Shown one piece after another: positions 43,270-53,954 of a stretch of DNA of 64,000 nt. The stretch lies in contig JBCBJQ010000004.1 in assembly GCA_038523235.1 (NCBI GenBank), positions 64,001-128,000 of the forward strand, read 5' to 3'. The position numbers and the translations under genes were made by a program. How positions within the stretch are numbered: position 1 is the first letter of the stretch; each line of letters begins with the position of its first letter. The notes beneath the pieces are model-generated. The model saw only the letters and a program-made list of their open reading frames with translations. It searched no databases and was not told where the DNA came from. The DNA comes from Cyanobacteria bacterium J06626_4 (GTDB lineage: Bacteria; Cyanobacteriota; Cyanobacteriia; Phormidesmidales; Phormidesmidaceae).

Positions 43270-43962
43270 GGCTGAAGAAGAGACCGTGGAATGGCAACGA
43301 TATCGTCATTCAATTTTAAGCGGCTCGATGGCGAAAGATGGGCCCCGCGAGGCGGTTGGTGAGGCTCTAAAACCGATACTACGGCCCATCTAACAAAAAT
43401 AAAGCGCTGGCTAACAGCAGCGATCGCGAATTTTTACCCCGTATCAACACCATTGAATCAACCCTAGCCCCTCTGTCCCTGTTGTTTCAGGGGGTTAGGC
43501 CTGCTGTAGCAAAAGGATGAAGGCAGAATTGAAAACTCCACTGTTCAAGGCTTGTCGCAACTGGAGACGTTCTGACCCAATTGCAGCTTGCTGTAGCTAG
43601 TCAGCAATGCCAGCTGCTTCAACCATAGCGCTGATAGGGCCACTCCCTGAGCAACTGCAACATTCCCTGACACCCCATGGGCGAATGCCGCCGGCCTGAC
43701 CGCTCTACGCTAGCGGTTATGATCCGGCTGTTAGAGGCAACGCGGCGGCAATTCGCCGGAGCCGGGACTTCTTGAAGGGGGCGTATCGCTTTTCTGACAG
43801 GAGAGAAGAGCCACTACAGTCTATGCTCTGCCGATAATTGAGAGCTTGATGCAGCTTTGCACAGTGAGGTTTGCCGAAAAGTGCAAAGTCCCTGTCTGAA
43901 ACCTGAGTGCCTGGGCCTAGGGGCATCTCTCATACTGCTACTAACGAAACAGGAGATCCCCC

Positions 43963-45042
43963 ATGCGACGCCCCACCGCCTCCGTTAGTTTAATTCCCGG
44001 CCCCATCACTGATACGCCGTCTGAGCCCCCGAGCAACGAGCCCACCTCACCCACGACTGCAGCCCTGCACTCATCAGAATTTGACCTCGCTCGCTGTCGG
44101 GCGCTCTATCTCGAAGGCTGGCAGCAGGTTGACCGAGGTCAGCTTGATCGAGCCCAGCGGGCCTTTCAAGAACTCTTGATTTGGAGCCGGCACTGTGGTC
44201 ATACGGGCTGGATCAACGCAGCTGAAAAAGCCACGGCTGCCCTGGTTGCCCAAACGGCTCTGGCCACTGCGACTCAAGCGATTAATACCGCGGCCTCAGC
44301 CACTACGCTACCCTCAGCACAGCGGTGTGAAGAGGCCGCCACCCTCTATGCTCAAGGCCATATCACCCTCGCTAAGAGTACTTATCAGCAAGCCTTAGAA
44401 GCGGCAGTGCAAGAAAAATGCCTCTTAAATGTTGGCCGCTCTCTCAATGGCCTGGGCTTGCTTGATCTCGATCGTCGGCGCTACCGTCAGGCCGAAACTG
44501 AGTTGCGGGCTGCCATTGAGGTGTTGGCCGATGTCGAGGCCCCTCGACAAACCGCGATCGCGTTTCACAATTTGGCCCTCGTGCACTATCAACAAGGGGA
44601 TCACGCCGCTGCCAAAGACGAGTTTCAGCAGGCCTTAAGTTGTTGGCAGACTGGCGAAGACAGTTTAGAACTCGCTCTGACCCTCGACTATCTCGGTCGC
44701 ATTTATGCGGATGAACAAGCCTATTGGCTGGCCCTCGGCAGCTTTGAAGCCGCTGTCGATATTCTCGTTGAGCTAACGCCCTACCAAGACGTGCGGGTGG
44801 AAGCCGCTGCGTTGATGGTGCAAATGGCTCAGCTCTGCGAACATACGTGCCATCTGGATCTCGCGATCGCCTATCTCACTGCTGCGCTCGAAACCTATCA
44901 AACGCTGCCGCAGTCTCAACCCTTAATGATCGTGCTCAATCGCTTAGGCCGTCTGCACCAGCAGGCGCAGCGTCCGGCGATCGCTCGCCACTACTATCAT
45001 CGGGCGCACCGAGTCGCTCAATGTGAGAGAGGTGAGGACTGA
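43963..45042 (+). CDS. Tetratricopeptide repeat protein
   Basis: Repeated TPR helices (SLNGLG, AFHNLA..YQQG, TLDYLG, VLNRLG); AGGAG ribosome-binding site before the ATG. Confidence 0.85.
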   Translation: MRRPTASVSLIPGPITDTPSEPPSNEPTSPTTAALHSSEFDLARCRALYLEGWQQVDRGQLDRAQRAFQELLIWSRHCGHTGWINAAEKATAALVAQTALATATQAINTAASATTLPSAQRCEEAATLYAQGHITLAKSTYQQALEAAVQEKCLLNVGRSLNGLGLLDLDRRRYRQAETELRAAIEVLADVEAPRQTAIAFHNLALVHYQQGDHAAAKDEFQQALSCWQTGEDSLELALTLDYLGRIYADEQAYWLALGSFEAAVDILVELTPYQDVRVEAAALMVQMAQLCEHTCHLDLAIAYLTAALETYQTLPQSQPLMIVLNRLGRLHQQAQRPAIARHYYHRAHRVAQCERGED

Positions 45043-46012
45043 GCTCCCGGCTGATTGCCTATCGGTGAGGTGTCAGCTGCGACTCAGTAGCACCAAGGCT
45101 TTGCCCCACTGGCCTGAAAGGCTCAAAGCACCACACTGGCTAATTCTGCCTGTGGGTTAATTGCCAATCACTCAAGAGCCCAAGCCTGAGGGCGTAAGCG
45201 CTGTTTCGGCGAGAGAGAGTCGGCCTGAAGGTTTACTGCGAGCCAATCCATCCACGATGAGCAGAGTGCTCAATACGTTAGTGAATAGGGGGAATGCTCT
45301 TCGTTGCAACGGCGATAGACCGGTAATGCCAACGGTGAATGATGGAATCGCTCGATGCCATTTTTGCCACGCCGGGGAACGAAGGGACGCAGGCTAGAGT
45401 TGTTGTCTGGTTTCAGAAAATCGGCAGAAGCTTTCAAGATCAAGCCGGATTTTTACCCATAGGGACGAATAGGTAATGAACTGACCCCAGACTTAGCAAA
45501 TCTATTGAGTCCGCCTCGACAATTGTAAATCAAGACGACCCTTGGCAGTCTTTAGCAACGACTAGAGATCTTTTGGGGCAACCGCAGGTGATGATCACCT
45601 GGGCTAGAAATGTGCCTGTTGATCGCCTGAACCGTCGTTCTTGCCAACCCATTAATCCAGTTTTTAGGCGTTGCGATCGCCTGATCTCCTGCAGTTTCTC
45701 AAGGATTGGTATTGAGCATTGATGGGGATCGGTAGGGAGATCGTCAGTCGAATGGCAATGTGAAACGCTAACTTGTACAAAACGCCGAAATATTTATGAG
45801 CGTTCTCGCCTCGGCAGCTAGTATTGACAGTTGTATGACTGCACCTTTAGCCAGACAGCTCAATTCTGCCCAGGGTTTGCGGTAAATTCTGCAAAGATCT
45901 AACCGATTTAAGGCGATTTACTGGTGAGAACTGGCAGACTGCGATATGCTTCACAGCTATATTTAGGGTCGCTGACCGGCGCTGCCGCTAGACCTAGCCA
46001 TAGTTAACGTCT

Positions 46013-49000
46013 ATGACTGCTAAGCCGTCTCCATTACCAACCCAACCTGCTTCTGCGGCTCAGCCACTCGATGACTGGATCGCTCAGCATCTGGCACCCA
46101 ATGCGCGAGTGCAGATGCGGCTGCGAGGCAATATTTTGCATGTGTTGACCGAGACGCCTCACGCTTTACACCAAGCGGGGGCGATTTCGCGATTAGTGGA
46201 TGCTCTGATTGAGGACGCTACCAGCGACCACCTCGTCACCACGACCTATCCCCAGGTCTATCAGCTCTACATCTATAGTCGCCAAAGCGGCGAGGCAAAG
46301 CCTGACTGGACGGCACCGATCTACCTCAACCGACTGGAGCGTCATCAGTCACAGTTGCAGGCCCAAGCTGGAGCCGCGCTGAAGCTAGCCGATACCCATC
46401 CCTCTTCTGATCAGGCTGGAGAGGCCGACGATGCGGGGCAATGGCCACAGGATGAAAGCACCACGGCTATTGTATTGTCGCATCTCAGTTTGGCTCGTCA
46501 GGGTGATCCTGACGCGATCGCGTGGTACCTCAGCGAAGTTTTAAGCACGCTAGATGTGGGCGTTTGGGTGAGTGTGCGAGCGGCTTCGGGTCGGGTCTCA
46601 CTGCATCGTGAAGCCGTGTCTGCCGACGAAGGGCACGCGGCGGAGCCCGACATTGAGTCTGATGATGACGTGAATCGCCTGTGGGTTTGGTGCGAGGCGA
46701 CTTACAGCCCTGATCCGCTCTTGATTGCTGAGCCGGTGACTGAGCGTCTGCGGCAGCTCTCGTTGACGCAGTTTAAAGATGCGGTGATCGTCATTCAGGT
46801 GCATGGCGAAGACACTCCGGATTGGAGCCTGCGCATTGACCTCACCCCCGCCGAAGAGATGCTGCGAGAGTGGGGGCGTTGGGGTGATGAAGCCGCGATC
46901 GCTCGCCTGGTGAATGACGCCCTAGCGGCGCATCACGCTGAGATGAGCGTTGAACGCAAAGAAGAGAGTCTGCACGGCATTGTGCGATCGTTGGATGACG
47001 AAGTCGCCGCACCGGGGTTGTCTGAACCCGTTCCTGTGCCGCCAGAAGAGGCTGTCGTGGGGCTGATCACCCCCCTCATGACCAGTTTGGCCCCGCAAGG
47101 TCTGCATCGGCTCGTGCTTTACGGTCAGACCGCGCAGACTGAGACTCCCGATTGGGTGCGCTGTCTTAACCTCCCAGCCCTAGAGCATCCCGCCCTGCTG
47201 GATGAACCGACGGTGCTGGCCAAGCAGGGCGATTTGCCGGCTCTGGCCTATCTGCTAACCCGGCTCCTCAACCCCGATCTGGAAGCGCAGCTCGCTACAG
47301 GTGGCATTCGCATTCAGGTACTGCAGCGCGATCAGCTTTTGCACATTATGGCCGATGCCTCGGTCTGTCCGACCCGACGCCAGGTGGTGCCCCAAGTTTT
47401 AGATTTCCTCGATGCGCTTGAACTGACCAGCATCAAGGGCATTCGCCTGTATGGTCGGCGGGCGGGCCAGCAGCGGCCGGCTTGGAGCTATGGCAAGGAT
47501 TTTCAAGCGCGTCCGGAGATCGTCCCGAAGGCAGAGCCCATTTTCGCGGTTTCCGATAGTTATGTCGGCGATCTGCTATCGCACCCCGACTCTGAGGCGC
47601 TAGAGGCTGACGAAGCCACCGTCACTGGCGTGATGCATCAGACGTGGCAACGCAGTTTAGACGCCGTGCGGCGATTCCTCATCGGCACCCAACTAGTGGT
47701 GCCACAACGTGATCTCTCACGAACGCCGCCGGTGTTGCTGTCAGACGACACCCAAGATGCGCTCAAAATTGGTTTGGTATGGGGGGCTGTGGGCGTGTTG
47801 TTAGCCCTGCAGGCCGACTGGATTTTGGGACAGGTTCTCAATCCGGGAGCCCAAACCAGTGCTTTGGAAGCCGCAACCGCTGCTGAATCCGGCGAGATAC
47901 AGCCAGAATCACGCCCTGAGGATGAGGCGACACTAGCACCGACGGATGATTCCGCGGCGATTGCCAACTGGCAGCGCAGTGAATGGGAGACCGATGACGA
48001 CGCGTTTAATGACGATCTCATTGCCAGCCCCGAGCGGTCTTTAGCGCCCACGCCTGATCTGTTGTCTTATTCGCCGTATCCCTCTTTTCGCAGCCAGCAG
48101 ATGGATGAAAAGCTGGCGCTTTATCATCAGCGCTTGGCCGAGTCAGGCCCGCCCGATGTGCTGATTATCGGCAGCTCACGCGCTCTGCGAGGGGTCGACC
48201 CGGCTGCCCTCCAGCGGGAACTAGCGGCCCTGGGTCACGGCAATTTAAGCATCTTCAACTTTGGCGTCAATGGGGCGACTGCTCAGGTGGTGGATCTGAC
48301 CATTCGTCGCGTCTTAGAACCGCATCAGCTGCCGCGGTTGATCATCTGGGCCGATGGGGCGCGGGCCTTTAACAGTGGTCGGACCGACGTTACCTTTAAT
48401 GCCATTGCCGCCTCTGATGGCTACAGTGAGCTGGGGCGGCGTAACCCTGACGCGGTCGAGTCGACCGCCGCTGACACCCCCGATGCTGAGGCGAGCGCGG
48501 CGGAATCAGTGCCGGTGGGTGAAGCTCTGCGCGCCAGCTATCAAGCCCTTGATCAGAATTTGAGTGATAGTTTGGGGCGGCGATCGGCGCTGTATGCCGA
48601 TCGCGATCAGCTTAAAGCGGTCGTGCGCGATCGCCTGCTGACGCCCTTGATGGCACCGATTGCGACACTGTCTTTAGACGCGGGTGAGACGGCACAAAAT
48701 ACCTCTGATATGCCTATTCCTGAGGGGAGTCGTATCGACTTTGACGGCTTCCTCGCTTTAGACGTGCGCTTTAACCCGGCCACCTATTATCAGCTCTACG
48801 CGCGGGTCCCCGGCGCTTACGACAGTGATTATGAAGACTTTGAATTGGCGGGTCAACAGACTGACGCCCTGGAACAGCTCTTGCGCTACACCCAACAGCA
48901 GGACGTGCCAGTGGTGTTTATCAACACGCCGCTCACCGACGAATATTTAGACGGCTATCGCACCGATGCGGAAGCTGACTTCCAACAAATGATGCTGGAG

Positions 49001-49195
49001 TATTCCGCGACCTCACCAGACTTTATCTTTCGCGATTTAGGCAATCTGTGGACCAGTCGCTATGACTATTTCTCTGACCCCAGCCACTTAAACCGCTATG
49101 GCGCTTATCAGGTGTCTTTGCGGATTGCTCAAGATCCGATGATTGCTTGGCCGCGTGCCCTCGATTTATCCGCTGCTGAAGAGTCCCAGCCATGA
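46013..49195 (+). CDS. Membrane-anchored SGNH-like (DUF1574-like) protein with a large repeated N-terminal region
   Basis: One TM near aa 586-606. C-terminal IIGSSRALRG, NFGVNGA and FSDPSHLN motifs. Four N-terminal repeats each end in P(D/A)W. Confidence 0.8.
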   Translation: MTAKPSPLPTQPASAAQPLDDWIAQHLAPNARVQMRLRGNILHVLTETPHALHQAGAISRLVDALIEDATSDHLVTTTYPQVYQLYIYSRQSGEAKPDWTAPIYLNRLERHQSQLQAQAGAALKLADTHPSSDQAGEADDAGQWPQDESTTAIVLSHLSLARQGDPDAIAWYLSEVLSTLDVGVWVSVRAASGRVSLHREAVSADEGHAAEPDIESDDDVNRLWVWCEATYSPDPLLIAEPVTERLRQLSLTQFKDAVIVIQVHGEDTPDWSLRIDLTPAEEMLREWGRWGDEAAIARLVNDALAAHHAEMSVERKEESLHGIVRSLDDEVAAPGLSEPVPVPPEEAVVGLITPLMTSLAPQGLHRLVLYGQTAQTETPDWVRCLNLPALEHPALLDEPTVLAKQGDLPALAYLLTRLLNPDLEAQLATGGIRIQVLQRDQLLHIMADASVCPTRRQVVPQVLDFLDALELTSIKGIRLYGRRAGQQRPAWSYGKDFQARPEIVPKAEPIFAVSDSYVGDLLSHPDSEALEADEATVTGVMHQTWQRSLDAVRRFLIGTQLVVPQRDLSRTPPVLLSDDTQDALKIGLVWGAVGVLLALQADWILGQVLNPGAQTSALEAATAAESGEIQPESRPEDEATLAPTDDSAAIANWQRSEWETDDDAFNDDLIASPERSLAPTPDLLSYSPYPSFRSQQMDEKLALYHQRLAESGPPDVLIIGSSRALRGVDPAALQRELAALGHGNLSIFNFGVNGATAQVVDLTIRRVLEPHQLPRLIIWADGARAFNSGRTDVTFNAIAASDGYSELGRRNPDAVESTAADTPDAEASAAESVPVGEALRASYQALDQNLSDSLGRRSALYADRDQLKAVVRDRLLTPLMAPIATLSLDAGETAQNTSDMPIPEGSRIDFDGFLALDVRFNPATYYQLYARVPGAYDSDYEDFELAGQQTDALEQLLRYTQQQDVPVVFINTPLTDEYLDGYRTDAEADFQQMMLEYSATSPDFIFRDLGNLWTSRYDYFSDPSHLNRYGAYQVSLRIAQDPMIAWPRALDLSAAEESQP

Positions 49196-50679
49196 CCCTA
49201 CCCTCAATTCTCTACGGCTTATTTTTATTGAGTGTGGTAGGGCTCTATTGGGCCATCGAGCGGCGATCGCTGCGCATCTGGTTGGTGATTGTCGCCAGCA
49301 TTGTGTTCTACACATCGCTGCAAGTGCATTATGTGCCGCTGATGCTGGTGCTGGTGGGTTTAAACTTTTGGCTGGGTCGCGTGCTCACCATGCCCGCCGA
49401 CTGGCGGGTGCCCAACGAGCAGTGGCAAATGGCTGAGCAGGCCTCCTACCGCCGCCGCCGCTACTGGTTGGCCTTAGGCATCGTGCTGAATGTGTTACTG
49501 CTGCTGGGGTTTAAGTACATCGAAACCTGGCTGCGGTTGTTAGTCCCCAGTGGGCTAAATCCAGAAATCGCCGATGGCAGCTGGTTGGCGATCGCCTTTC
49601 CGTTGGGACTGAGCTTCTTTACGTTTGAGTGCATTGCCTATCTGGTTGACGTGTATCGTGGTGCTCCCGCGACGCGCAACTTACCAGAATTTGCGGCCTA
49701 CAAGCTCTATTTTCCCAAGCTGATTTCCGGGCCGATTACGCGCTTTCATGCGTTTAATAGTCAGCTCACAACTGAGGCCAGCCTGAACTTTAACTGGGCA
49801 GTTGAGGGCCTCTGGCTGATTGGCATTGGGGCGATCAAAAAAATCCTCATCGCGGATCACATTGGCACGTTGGTGAATCTCAGTTTTGACAACCTGCCGC
49901 GAGCCGGTAGTTGGGATGTCTGGCTGGCGATCTTTGCTTACGGGCTGCAGCTCTATCTCGACTTCAGCGGCTATGTGGACGTGGCTCGCGGCAGTGCCCT
50001 GCTGATGGGTATTAACCTGCCGCAAAATTTCAACTTCCCCTATCTCACGACCAGCATTGCCGACTTTTGGCGGCGTTGGCACATTACCCTCGGCGACTGG
50101 TTACGCAATTACCTCTATTTTCCCCTCGGGGGCTCGCGTCAGGGCTTAGTCAGGACGGCTTTGAACCTGATGATTGTCATGCTGATTGCTGGAGTTTGGC
50201 ATGGCAATACTTGGGGTTTCGTGATTTGGGGCGGCATTCACGGGCTGGCTTTAGTGGTGCATCGGGTCAATCATCAGCTGTCGGAAAGCTGGCCGCCGCT
50301 GCAAAAGTTTTGGACTCAGCCGTGGGGCTGGCTGGCCGCTTGGGGGGTGACTCAGTTTTTTGTATTCTTTAGCTGGCTGTTTTTTCGCCTGCCCGAGCCC
50401 CAGCAGTTTTCCCTGGCGGTACAAAAGCTCTGGGGCGTGAGCAGTGACGTACAGTTTGCTCAAAAGGTGTATGTCGAGTCTTTGGGGCTAACGGCTACTC
50501 AACTGTGGATATTGCTGTGGGCCCTGATGGGGATCATGGCCGTGACAGGCTTTGCCCAACACCAACTCAAGCTGCAGCTCAATTGGCCGGTCAAACTGCT
50601 GCTGGTGCCGCTGCTGCTGTTCACGGCCTGGCAGCTCGCTCCCAGTGAAACGCTATCGTTCATTTATTTCGACTTCTAA
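49192..50679 (+). CDS. MBOAT family O-acyltransferase (AlgI/DltB-like)
   Basis: PLGLSFFTF, FPKLISGPI, YLDFSGY, FWRRWHITL, catalytic GVWHG and C-terminal FIYFDF. The start overlaps the upstream stop (ATGA). Confidence 0.94.
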   Translation: MTLPSILYGLFLLSVVGLYWAIERRSLRIWLVIVASIVFYTSLQVHYVPLMLVLVGLNFWLGRVLTMPADWRVPNEQWQMAEQASYRRRRYWLALGIVLNVLLLLGFKYIETWLRLLVPSGLNPEIADGSWLAIAFPLGLSFFTFECIAYLVDVYRGAPATRNLPEFAAYKLYFPKLISGPITRFHAFNSQLTTEASLNFNWAVEGLWLIGIGAIKKILIADHIGTLVNLSFDNLPRAGSWDVWLAIFAYGLQLYLDFSGYVDVARGSALLMGINLPQNFNFPYLTTSIADFWRRWHITLGDWLRNYLYFPLGGSRQGLVRTALNLMIVMLIAGVWHGNTWGFVIWGGIHGLALVVHRVNHQLSESWPPLQKFWTQPWGWLAAWGVTQFFVFFSWLFFRLPEPQQFSLAVQKLWGVSSDVQFAQKVYVESLGLTATQLWILLWALMGIMAVTGFAQHQLKLQLNWPVKLLLVPLLLFTAWQLAPSETLSFIYFDF

Positions 50680-50898
50680 ACCTTTCGTAGTAAGGCTTTA
50701 GGGTACTGTGGGACACTAAAGCACAGGTGGGGGCAGCGATTCACTCGTCAGGTGATGCGTCGGACTGGTTGCGGTTAGCGCCGTGGTTGCCAGTCTCTGC
50801 AGTTTCGCAGCCTGCTGCCGGGCGATCGCGCCTGCGCCTGGCGGGCGAGGCAACCGTGCTGCCCCGCCGACTCGTCCCTTCTGCTGTGTTCTGTTGTC

Positions 50899-51987
50899 AT
50901 GACCGCCCAATCACTGCCGCCCACGACTGCTGTTACGCCGCCTGCTGCCCCCGAAACCCAACGTCGGAAAGCCGACCACATTCGGGTTTGTCTGGAGCAG
51001 GACGTGCAGTGCCAGCAGACGACTACTGGCCTCGAACACTATCGGTTTCAACACTGCTGCCTGCCGGAACTTGACTGGGCTGATTTGGATGTCAGCTGTC
51101 AGTTTCTTGGCAAGACCTTGGGGGCACCGCTGCTGATTTCTTCGATGACGGGCGGTACCGAACAGGCACAATTGATCAACCAGCGGCTGGCGATCGCGGC
51201 GCAGACCTATCGGCTGGCGATGGGGGTAGGATCACAGCGGGTGGGGATCGAGTCGCCTGAGGTGATGCCCACCTTTGCGATTCGCCAGTATGCACCTGAC
51301 TGCCTTCTCTTTGCTAACTTGGGGGCCGTGCAGCTGAACTATGGCTACGGCGTAGCAGAGTGTCAGCAAGTTGTGGAAACGCTGGCGGCGGACGCCTTGA
51401 TCCTGCATCTCAACCCGCTGCAAGAGAGCGTGCAGTCACGGGGCGATCGCAACTTTAAAGGACTGCTCAGCAAGATCCGTCTGCTTTGTCAGCGCTTACC
51501 CGTACCGGTAATTGCCAAGGAGGTGGGTAACGGCATTGCCGCGCCTCTGGCGGCGCAGCTGATCGAGGCGGGCGTGGCCGCTATTGATGTGGCGGGGGCA
51601 GGTGGCACCTCTTGGGCCAAGGTCGAAGGGGGCCGGGCGGGCGATCCGCGACAGCGGCGACTGGGTCAGACCTTTGCTGACTGGGGCGTTCCCACCACTG
51701 ACTGTATTACCCAAATTCGGGCAATTGCTCCGACCTTGCCGCTGATTGCCTCGGGCGGTATTCGTAATGGTTTGCAGGCGGCGAAGGCGATCGCCTTAGG
51801 TGCTGATCTAGTTGGGCTGGCGCATCCATTTTTGACCGCAGCTGCCGACTCCGAAGAGAGCGTGGCGCTGTTGGCTGACTGCCTGATTGAAGAGCTTAAA
51901 ACCGTCTTACTCTGCACCGGCAATGCTGATCTGACTGCCCTCAAAGCATCGGGGGCGCTGCAATCAGTGCGCTCTGGCGATCAGTGA
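50899..51987 (+). CDS. fni: Type 2 isopentenyl-diphosphate delta-isomerase
   Basis: RKADHI, ISSMTGG, GVGSQR, HLNPLQE, KEVGNG and AGAGGTSW motifs. Confidence 0.96.
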   Translation: MTAQSLPPTTAVTPPAAPETQRRKADHIRVCLEQDVQCQQTTTGLEHYRFQHCCLPELDWADLDVSCQFLGKTLGAPLLISSMTGGTEQAQLINQRLAIAAQTYRLAMGVGSQRVGIESPEVMPTFAIRQYAPDCLLFANLGAVQLNYGYGVAECQQVVETLAADALILHLNPLQESVQSRGDRNFKGLLSKIRLLCQRLPVPVIAKEVGNGIAAPLAAQLIEAGVAAIDVAGAGGTSWAKVEGGRAGDPRQRRLGQTFADWGVPTTDCITQIRAIAPTLPLIASGGIRNGLQAAKAIALGADLVGLAHPFLTAAADSEESVALLADCLIEELKTVLLCTGNADLTALKASGALQSVRSGDQ

Positions 51988-52019
51988 ACGGCTTCACGTG
52001 TGCGATTGTTGCCTGGCAC

Positions 52020-52047
52020 AAAAAAGGGGAGTCGCATAAACTCCCCT
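52020..52047 (-). terminator. Intrinsic terminator after ssb (between convergent fni and ssb)
   Basis: AGGGGAGT..ACTCCCCT stem followed by a T run on the minus strand. Confidence 0.75.
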
Positions 52048-52087
52048 GAAAATGAAAATTGAGCGGCGGTCTAAATTCTGCAGCGAA

Positions 52088-52453
52088 TTAGAATTCGTCA
52101 TCGGCATAGTTGTTGCCCATGGGCGCTTCATTATCGCGCTTCGAGCCCAACAGCTCTAGGCGATCGACGCGAATGATCGGCGACGTACGGAGCGCCCCGG
52201 TGGCGCGATCGTTCCATTGATCAAACTTCAGTGCCCCACTGACGCCGATCAGGCTGCCCTTGCGCACGTAGTTCGCTGCCACTTCAGCCGTGCGGCCCCA
52301 CATTTCTACATTGAACCAATCCGGCTGGTCAGAGTTGCGGCTGCGTCGATTCACCGCCAAAGAAAACTTGCACACGACACTACCCGATTCAAAATACTTC
52401 ACATCAGGGTCACGTCCAGCTCGACCAACGAGAGTCACGGAATTGATGCTCAT
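52088..52453 (-). CDS. ssb: Single-stranded DNA-binding protein
   Basis: INSVTLVGRAGRDP, WFNVEMWG, YVRKGSLIGV and an acidic DDEF tail. Confidence 0.96.
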   Translation of the reverse strand: MSINSVTLVGRAGRDPDVKYFESGSVVCKFSLAVNRRSRNSDQPDWFNVEMWGRTAEVAANYVRKGSLIGVSGALKFDQWNDRATGALRTSPIIRVDRLELLGSKRDNEAPMGNNYADDEF

Positions 52454-52884
52454 GTCAGACTTTCTCCTGCTTCTGTTAACTGGGGTGGGTGGGGAAACGA
52501 CTGATCGGTTCCAAATTCATATCCTATCGTCTGAGACGATCACCATCTGGGCGGAGCGTCTATCCATTTTGCCTAAAGCTGCTTAAAAATGCTGGCCGTT
52601 TGCCGGGGCCGTCAGAAACGCTGATGCCGGCAGCGATCGCGACTACGCTCATGGCCAGAGAATCCAGGTAGACAATCTGCTGAGCAAATATACTCATCCA
52701 CTGGACGGACGATACGAAAAGTAATAAAATCCACCTCGTCCGTGTTGCATAAGCAATGGACTTTCCCTGAATTAGTGCTGCTACGGGCTATCTTTCCCAT
52801 CCGAATCGGGCATTGATGACCTAGCATTAAGTTCGGTGAGTTTACATTCAACCGTCTATTTCGTTCGTTTGGGGGCTAAGTCTC

Positions 52885-53925
52885 GTGGGTTTTCTTGACC
52901 GTTTCTCTTTATCCCGAGACATGGGTATTGACCTCGGCACCGCTAATACCTTGGTCTATGTCGCCGGTAAGGGCGTGGTTCTGCAAGAGCCATCGGTTGT
53001 CGCCATTGACCAGGTTGAGAAAAAACCGCTGGCTGTCGGCGAAGATGCCAAGCGGATGCTGGGCCGGACGCCCGGCAACGTTGTGGCCTTGCGGCCGCTA
53101 CGGGATGGCGTGATTGCTGACTTCGATACGGCTGAGTTAATGCTTAAGCATTTTATTCGTCAGGTGCATGAGGGTAGAACGCTCGTGTCGCCCCGCATTG
53201 TGATCGGCATTCCTAGTGGGGTCACGGGTGTTGAACGCCGGGCCGTGATGGATGCAGCGCAGCAGGCGGGGGCTCGCACCGTTTACTTAATTGATGAGCC
53301 GGTGGCGGCAGCGATCGGGGCCGGGCTACCGGTGGCTGAGCCTACCGGCAACATGGTGATCGATATTGGCGGCGGCACGACGGAAGTTGCCGTCCTCAGC
53401 TTGCAGGGCACCGTCTTGAGCGAATCGGTGCGCGTTGCCGGTGACGAACTCAGCGAATCGATCTCGCAGTACCTCAAAAAGGTGCATAACCTCGTCGTTG
53501 GGGAAAGAACCGCTGAAGATATCAAGATCAAAATTGGCTCAGCTTATCCGGGTTCTGATGATGGTGAGCTGATTATGGATGTACGGGGGCTGCATTTGTT
53601 GTCGGGCCTGCCCCGCACGGTCACCGTCAAGGCGGGTGAGATTCGTGAAAGCATGGCTGAGCCCTTGGCCGTCATTGTGGAAGCCGTGAAACGGACCCTC
53701 GAACGCACTCCCCCTGAACTCGCTGCCGATATTATCGATCGCGGAATTATGCTGGCGGGCGGTGGGGCATTGCTGCATGGTCTCGACACCTTGCTCAGCC
53801 ATGAGACGGGCATCGTTGTTCATGTGGCGGCCGATCCCCTCAGCTGTGTGGTGTTGGGCACGGGACGCGTGCTCGAAAACTTCAGTCAGATGGGTCGGGT
53901 ATTCAGTGGTAGTTCCGGCATTTAG
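52885..53925 (+). CDS. mreB: Rod shape-determining protein MreB
   Basis: [27 protein letters not shown] and LAGGGALL motifs. Confidence 0.98.
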   Translation: MGFLDRFSLSRDMGIDLGTANTLVYVAGKGVVLQEPSVVAIDQVEKKPLAVGEDAKRMLGRTPGNVVALRPLRDGVIADFDTAELMLKHFIRQVHEGRTLVSPRIVIGIPSGVTGVERRAVMDAAQQAGARTVYLIDEPVAAAIGAGLPVAEPTGNMVIDIGGGTTEVAVLSLQGTVLSESVRVAGDELSESISQYLKKVHNLVVGERTAEDIKIKIGSAYPGSDDGELIMDVRGLHLLSGLPRTVTVKAGEIRESMAEPLAVIVEAVKRTLERTPPELAADIIDRGIMLAGGGALLHGLDTLLSHETGIVVHVAADPLSCVVLGTGRVLENFSQMGRVFSGSSGI

Positions 53926-53954
53926 AGTCAGTATCAGGGGTGGATTAGCCAGCT

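Noticed and set aside
50677..50700. TAAACCTT-N7-AAGGCTTTA palindrome (similar one near 39696-39718)
   Set aside because: Too short and degenerate to define a repeat family from this window alone.
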